A stretch of 32,000 nucleotides of DNA from Candidatus Saccharimonadota bacterium (lineage in GTDB: Bacteria > Pseudomonadota > Gammaproteobacteria > Enterobacterales > Enterobacteriaceae_A). How positions within the stretch are numbered: the first letter of the stretch is position 1; each line of letters begins with the position of its first letter. A program made the translations under genes and the position numbers. The DNA lies in assembly GCA_030849285.1 (NCBI GenBank), contig CP102982.1, positions 193,731-225,730 on the forward strand, written 5' to 3'. Of this stretch, positions 27,817-32,000 are shown piece by piece. The notes beneath the pieces are model-generated. The model was not told the origin of the DNA. It did not search any database and saw only the letters and a program-made list of their open reading frames with translations.

Positions 27817-28332
27817 TTAAATTTTTTCAGATTCTTTCCATAAAATATTAAATTCTTTTTTATAAATTTTAATTATATTAAATTTATTTTTAATTAAAAT
27901 AACATTTTCAGCATTTTTATATATTGCGTTTTTAGTATAATTAAAAGAACCTGTTTCAATTGAATTATTATCAATGATCATAAATTTATTATGCATTATT
28001 AAATATTTATTATTTAACTTAATTTTTATATTATGTTTTTTTAAATATTTAACAATGGTATATTTTCCAGTATTTGATTTTTTATCTGCAACAATACGTA
28101 TTTTAACACCTCTATTATAAGCTTTAATTAATAATTTTGCTATAATTTTATTTGTAAAAGAATATGCTGCAATATCAATTGATGTTTTTGAATTATTTAT
28201 TGACTTTAAAATTATATTTTTTGCTGTATCTCCTGGTGAAAATCCTACATCAATATTTATTGAATTATATTTAAATTTAAATAAAAAAAATATAATTATT
28301 ATAAAAAAAAAATTAATTATTTTTTTTATCAT
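27817..28332 (-). CDS. small secreted phospholipase-D-superfamily protein, single HKD motif (Nuc-endonuclease-like)
   Basis: 171 aa with a hydrophobic N-terminal signal-like segment (MIKKIINFFFIIIIFFLFKF). It then runs VGFSPG...SIDIAAYSFT...RGVKIRIVADKKSNTG...MHNKFMIIDN (HxK(x)4D)...ETGSFNYTKNA..NAENV. From memory this is collinear with the plasmid pKM101 Nuc nuclease (..VGFSPEG..AYSFT..HDKVIIVDN..ETGSFNFTKAA..NSENA). Confidence 0.8.
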   Translation of the reverse strand: MIKKIINFFFIIIIFFLFKFKYNSINIDVGFSPGDTAKNIILKSINNSKTSIDIAAYSFTNKIIAKLLIKAYNRGVKIRIVADKKSNTGKYTIVKYLKKHNIKIKLNNKYLIMHNKFMIIDNNSIETGSFNYTKNAIYKNAENVILIKNKFNIIKIYKKEFNILWKESEKI

Positions 28333-28365
28333 AAATTATTTATTATATTAATTTTTTTTAAAATT

Positions 28366-29520
28366 ATGATATTTTTAAATAATAAATACGATATAATTTT
28401 TATAGGCGCAGGTTTATCAAATAGTTTAATTGCTTTAAATTTATTTAAAAAGAAATTAAAAATTATAATAATTGTTTCAAATAATAATTTAATAAGTAAT
28501 CATACATGGTCTTTTTTTGATAATAATATAATTAAAAATAAAGATAATTATATAAATAAAATAATTTATAATAAATGGGATAATTATACAATAAAATTTC
28601 CTAATTATATTAAAAATTTTAAAAATAATTATTTTTGTATTAAATCTAATAATTTTTTTAAATATTTTAAAAAAATATTTAAAAATAAAATTTTATTAAA
28701 TACTAATATTATAAAATATAATAAAAATTTTGTTCAATTAAATAATGGAATTATTTTAAATTGTAATTTAATAATAGATGGTAGAGGTTATTATCCTAAA
28801 AAAAATAAAAAAATAGGATTACAAATATTTTTAGGTCAAGAATGGGTTTTTAAAAAACCTCATAATTTAATTAATCCAATTATTATGGATTCAACAGTTT
28901 GTCAAAAAAAAAGTTTTCATTTTATTTATATTATTCCATTTTCAAAATATAAATTATTAATAGAAGATACACATTATATTAATAATAATATTTTAAAAAT
29001 AAACTTATTAAGAAAAAATATCTTTAAATATATAAAAAGAAAAAAATGGATTATTAAAAAATTAATAAAAGAAGAACAGGGTATAATTCCTATAAAATTA
29101 AAAAATAATAAAAATAAAATTTTTAAAAATATCATTTTAAATGGTTTAAATGGTAATTTTTATCATTCTATAACTGGTTATTCTTTGTATTTATTTTTAA
29201 TTTTATCTAATAATATTTTAAAAATTAACAATTTAAATTATAAAAAAATATTAAATGAATTTAATTATTTATCTAAAAATATTTACAAAAATCAAAAACA
29301 ATACATTTTATTAAATAAAGTTTTTTTTTTATTAATTTCTTTAAATAAAAGATATAAATTAATTCAAAAATTTTATAATTTTCCAGAAACTTTAATTAAC
29401 AGATTTTATTTAGAAAAAATTAATTTTTTTGATAAAATAAAAATTATATTATTAAATCCTCCTATTTCATATTTTAAAATTTTATGTTTTTTAATAATTA
29501 ATTATTTTTATTTAAAATGA
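28366..29520 (+). CDS. crtY: lycopene beta-cyclase (CrtY type)
   Basis: 384 aa. YDIIFIGAGLSNSLIAL (FAD fold), NHTWSF, IDGRGY, FLGQEW, PIIMDSTV, LLIEDTHY, KEEQGIIPI, TGYSL, QKFYNFPE..NRFY. Collinear with Pantoea CrtY motifs. Confidence 0.9.
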   Translation: MIFLNNKYDIIFIGAGLSNSLIALNLFKKKLKIIIIVSNNNLISNHTWSFFDNNIIKNKDNYINKIIYNKWDNYTIKFPNYIKNFKNNYFCIKSNNFFKYFKKIFKNKILLNTNIIKYNKNFVQLNNGIILNCNLIIDGRGYYPKKNKKIGLQIFLGQEWVFKKPHNLINPIIMDSTVCQKKSFHFIYIIPFSKYKLLIEDTHYINNNILKINLLRKNIFKYIKRKKWIIKKLIKEEQGIIPIKLKNNKNKIFKNIILNGLNGNFYHSITGYSLYLFLILSNNILKINNLNYKKILNEFNYLSKNIYKNQKQYILLNKVFFLLISLNKRYKLIQKFYNFPETLINRFYLEKINFFDKIKIILLNPPISYFKILCFLIINYFYLK

Positions 29521-30992
29521 AAAAAGTAATAATTATTGGATCAGGAATTGGAGGAATAGCAGTAGCTATTAGACTTCAATCAAAAGGAGTTGATACTTTA
29601 ATAATTGAAAAACAAAATAAACCAGGAGGATGTGCTAATATTTATAAAGAAAAGGGTTTTATTTTTGATACAGGTCCAACAGTTATTACTAATCCTAATT
29701 CAATTATAGAAATTCTATCTATTAATAATAATAAAAAATATAATATTGAATTATTACCAGTTAAACATTTTTATAAAATATTTTGGGAATGTGGAAAATC
29801 ATTTATTTATAATAACAATCAAATACAATTAGAAGAACAAATTAAAAAATTTAATTTTAATGATATTTTTGGATATCGAAGATTTTTAAATTATTCAAAT
29901 AAAGTATTTTATGAAACATATAAAAAATATATTCATAAACCATTTTTATTTAAAAGTAATATATTAAATATTTTATATAAATTTAAAACTTTAGAAATTT
30001 CAAACAATATATATAATAAAGTATCAAATTATATAAATAATAAATATTTAAGACAAGTTTTTTCATTTCATTCATTATTAATCGGCGGTAATCCTTTTCA
30101 AGTATCTTCAATTTATACTTTAATACATTCATTAGAACGTAAATGGGGTTTTTGGTATCCTAAAGGTGGAATGTACTGTTTAATTAAAGCTATGTTAAAA
30201 CTATATAAAAGTTTAGGTGGTAAGATAATATTAAATTCAAAAATACATAATATTAAAATTCATAAAAATATAATTAAAAAAGTTTATCTAAATAACGGTA
30301 AATCTATAGAAACTACTTCAATAATATCAAATTCTGATGTTATAAATACATATAAAAATTTATTAAATAAAAATTTACAATCTAATATTTATGGAAAATA
30401 TTTAAGTAAAAAAAATATTAGTAATTCATTATTTATAATTTATTTTGGATTAAAAAATAATTATGATAAATTTTTACATCATTCTATTTTATTTGGAATA
30501 AATTATAAAAAAATAATTTATAATCTTTTTAATTTTAAAAATTTAATAAAAGATTTTTCAATATATTTACATTCACCTTGTAAAACAGATAATTCTTTAG
30601 CACCTACAGGATGTGAAAGTTATTATATTTTATTACCTGTACCTAATTTAAGTATTTCTAATATTAATTGGTTAATTGAAGGTCCTAAATTAAAATATAG
30701 GATATTAAAATATTTAGAAAAATATTATATGCCTAATTTAATTAAAAATATAATAGTTTCAAAAATTTTTACACCATTAGACTTTAATAATATTTTAAAT
30801 ACTTTTTATGGTACTTCTTTTTCAATATCTCCAAATATATTACAAAGTGCATTATTTCGTATACAAAATAAAGATAAAATTTTAAAAAATTTATTTTTTG
30901 TAGGCTCAGGAACTCATCCTGGAGCTGGAATACCTGGTGTTCTCAATTCTGCTAAAATAACTTCACAAATTGTTTTTAAAAATTTAATTTAA
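29517..30992 (+). CDS. crtI: phytoene desaturase (CrtI type)
   Basis: 491 aa. KVIIIGSGIGGIAVAIRLQSKGVDTLIIEKQNKPGG (cf. Pantoea CrtI TTVIGAGFGGLALAIRLQAAGIPVLLLEQRDKPGG), WYPKGG, and C-terminal FFVGSGTHPGAGIPGVLNSAK. ATGA overlap with the crtY stop. Confidence 0.93.
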   Translation: MKKVIIIGSGIGGIAVAIRLQSKGVDTLIIEKQNKPGGCANIYKEKGFIFDTGPTVITNPNSIIEILSINNNKKYNIELLPVKHFYKIFWECGKSFIYNNNQIQLEEQIKKFNFNDIFGYRRFLNYSNKVFYETYKKYIHKPFLFKSNILNILYKFKTLEISNNIYNKVSNYINNKYLRQVFSFHSLLIGGNPFQVSSIYTLIHSLERKWGFWYPKGGMYCLIKAMLKLYKSLGGKIILNSKIHNIKIHKNIIKKVYLNNGKSIETTSIISNSDVINTYKNLLNKNLQSNIYGKYLSKKNISNSLFIIYFGLKNNYDKFLHHSILFGINYKKIIYNLFNFKNLIKDFSIYLHSPCKTDNSLAPTGCESYYILLPVPNLSISNINWLIEGPKLKYRILKYLEKYYMPNLIKNIIVSKIFTPLDFNNILNTFYGTSFSISPNILQSALFRIQNKDKILKNLFFVGSGTHPGAGIPGVLNSAKITSQIVFKNLI

Positions 30993-31021
30993 TTTAATTA
31001 TATTTAAATTTATAGGAAAAT

Positions 31022-31876
31022 ATGTCTAATGACATTAAAAAGGGATCAAAAAATTTTAATTTTTCATATTTTTTTTTAAATGATTTTATAAAAAAAGATA
31101 TATTAATTTTATATTCTTGGTGTCGTTATTGTGATGATATAATTGATAATGAAATTTTAGGATTTAAAAAAAAACATAATAATAAAAATAAAAAATTACA
31201 TATTCAAAATTTTATTTTAAATACTCAAAAAATTTATTGTAATTTAAAAATAAATGAATTTCATTTTAATAAATTAAAAAAAATAATTTATAAATATAAT
31301 ATTTCTCCAATTTATATATTCGATCACCTAGAAGGTTTTACAATGGATTTAAAAAATAAGTTTTATAAAAAATTTAAAGATACATTAAAATATTGTTATC
31401 ATGTAGCAGGTGTAATTGGGGTAATTATAACTAATTTTTTTTTTAAAAAATATAATAATAAAATTTTAAATTACGCATGTGATTTAGGTATAGCTTTTCA
31501 ATTAATAAATATTTCTAGAGATATTATATTTGATTATAAAAACGGACGTTGTTATTTACCTAATTGTTTACTTAAAAAATTTAATTTAAATAAATATAAT
31601 TTTTTTAAAAAAAAAAATATATATTATCTTATTATTATAATTAAAAAATTAATTAATCAATCTAATATATATTATAAATCTTCAATTAATAGTTTATTTA
31701 AATTACCTATAAGAACATATTTAGTAATATTAACTTCTTATAATATATATAAAAAAATTGGTATTAAAATTATTAAAAAAAAAGAATGCGCATTTAAAAA
31801 AAGACAAAAAATTAATATTTTTGAAAAATTTTTAATTTTAATTAATATAATTATTAAAAATATTTTTAAACTTTAA
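31022..31876 (+). CDS. crtB: phytoene synthase
   Basis: 284 aa. GSKNFNFS, LYSWCRYCDDIIDN (first Asp-rich motif), YCYHVAGVIG, INISRDIIFDYKNGRCYLP (second motif). An AGGAAAA Shine-Dalgarno lies 5 nt upstream. Collinear with Pantoea CrtB. Confidence 0.9.
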   Translation: MSNDIKKGSKNFNFSYFFLNDFIKKDILILYSWCRYCDDIIDNEILGFKKKHNNKNKKLHIQNFILNTQKIYCNLKINEFHFNKLKKIIYKYNISPIYIFDHLEGFTMDLKNKFYKKFKDTLKYCYHVAGVIGVIITNFFFKKYNNKILNYACDLGIAFQLINISRDIIFDYKNGRCYLPNCLLKKFNLNKYNFFKKKNIYYLIIIIKKLINQSNIYYKSSINSLFKLPIRTYLVILTSYNIYKKIGIKIIKKKECAFKKRQKINIFEKFLILINIIIKNIFKL

Positions 31877-32000
31877 AAATTAATTATTTTAAAATACAAT
31901 TTTAAAAATATTAATATTTTAAAATTTATTTAATCAATAATATAAAAATTATTATTTATATTATAATTTACAAATTACTATTCATTTTTAAATTAAAATT

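Noticed and set aside
27817-31876. The PLD-like gene plus crtYIB as a recently acquired genomic island
   Set aside because: There is no integrase, IS element, direct repeat or adjacent tRNA. The nearest tRNAs are about 3.5 kb away, beyond lpdA and typA. By eye the composition is as AT-rich as, or more AT-rich than, the flanking housekeeping genes. This indicates long residence rather than recent transfer.
1-32000. Possible UGA-to-Trp recoding, as seen in some tiny symbiont genomes
   Set aside because: Trp positions conserved with E. coli (for example in cyoB, trpB, sppA) are encoded by TGG. TGA terminates cyoC (13721..13723) and crtY (29518..29520) at the expected protein ends. No conserved ORF needs read-through.

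Overview
The window is extremely AT-rich (roughly 15-20% G+C by eye). It is gene-dense and uses the standard genetic code: Trp is TGG, and TGA is used as a stop for cyoC and crtY. I found no mobile elements, CRISPR arrays or rRNA. Protein sequences and local gene order track Enterobacterales orthologues (E. coli, Pantoea) closely, while Lys/Asn/Ile content is strongly inflated. This is the signature of a tiny-genome obligate insect endosymbiont of gammaproteobacterial (Enterobacterales-like) origin. I cannot name the organism from sequence alone. The combination of trpDCBA without trpEG plus crtYIB resembles known nutritional co-symbionts of sap-feeding insects.

Genes in order:
- rpoD (5' part, frame broken), dnaG, rpsU (all on the minus strand), then tRNA-Asn
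- trpD-trpC(F)-trpB-trpA
- trpS, rplY, htpX, then tRNA-Arg(UCU)
- cyoABCD
- tyrS, metG, sppA
- manXYZ
- trxB, infC (frame broken), rpmI, rplT, then tRNA-Pro and tRNA-His
- lpdA, typA
- a small secreted single-HKD PLD/Nuc-like protein
- crtY-crtI-crtB

Observations most worth follow-up:
1. Two essential genes (rpoD, infC) have reading frames broken exactly inside long poly(A) tracts. This points to rescue by transcriptional slippage, or to homopolymer assembly error.
2. An intact-looking Pantoea-type carotenoid cluster (crtYIB) lacks crtE/idi/crtX/crtZ.
3. A signal-peptide-bearing Nuc-like PLD-family protein is transcribed divergently from crtY across only 33 bp.
4. A tryptophan pathway has its first step (trpEG) and its attenuator removed, which suggests metabolic partitioning with a partner.

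I saw no convincing evidence for a defence system or a mobile island.
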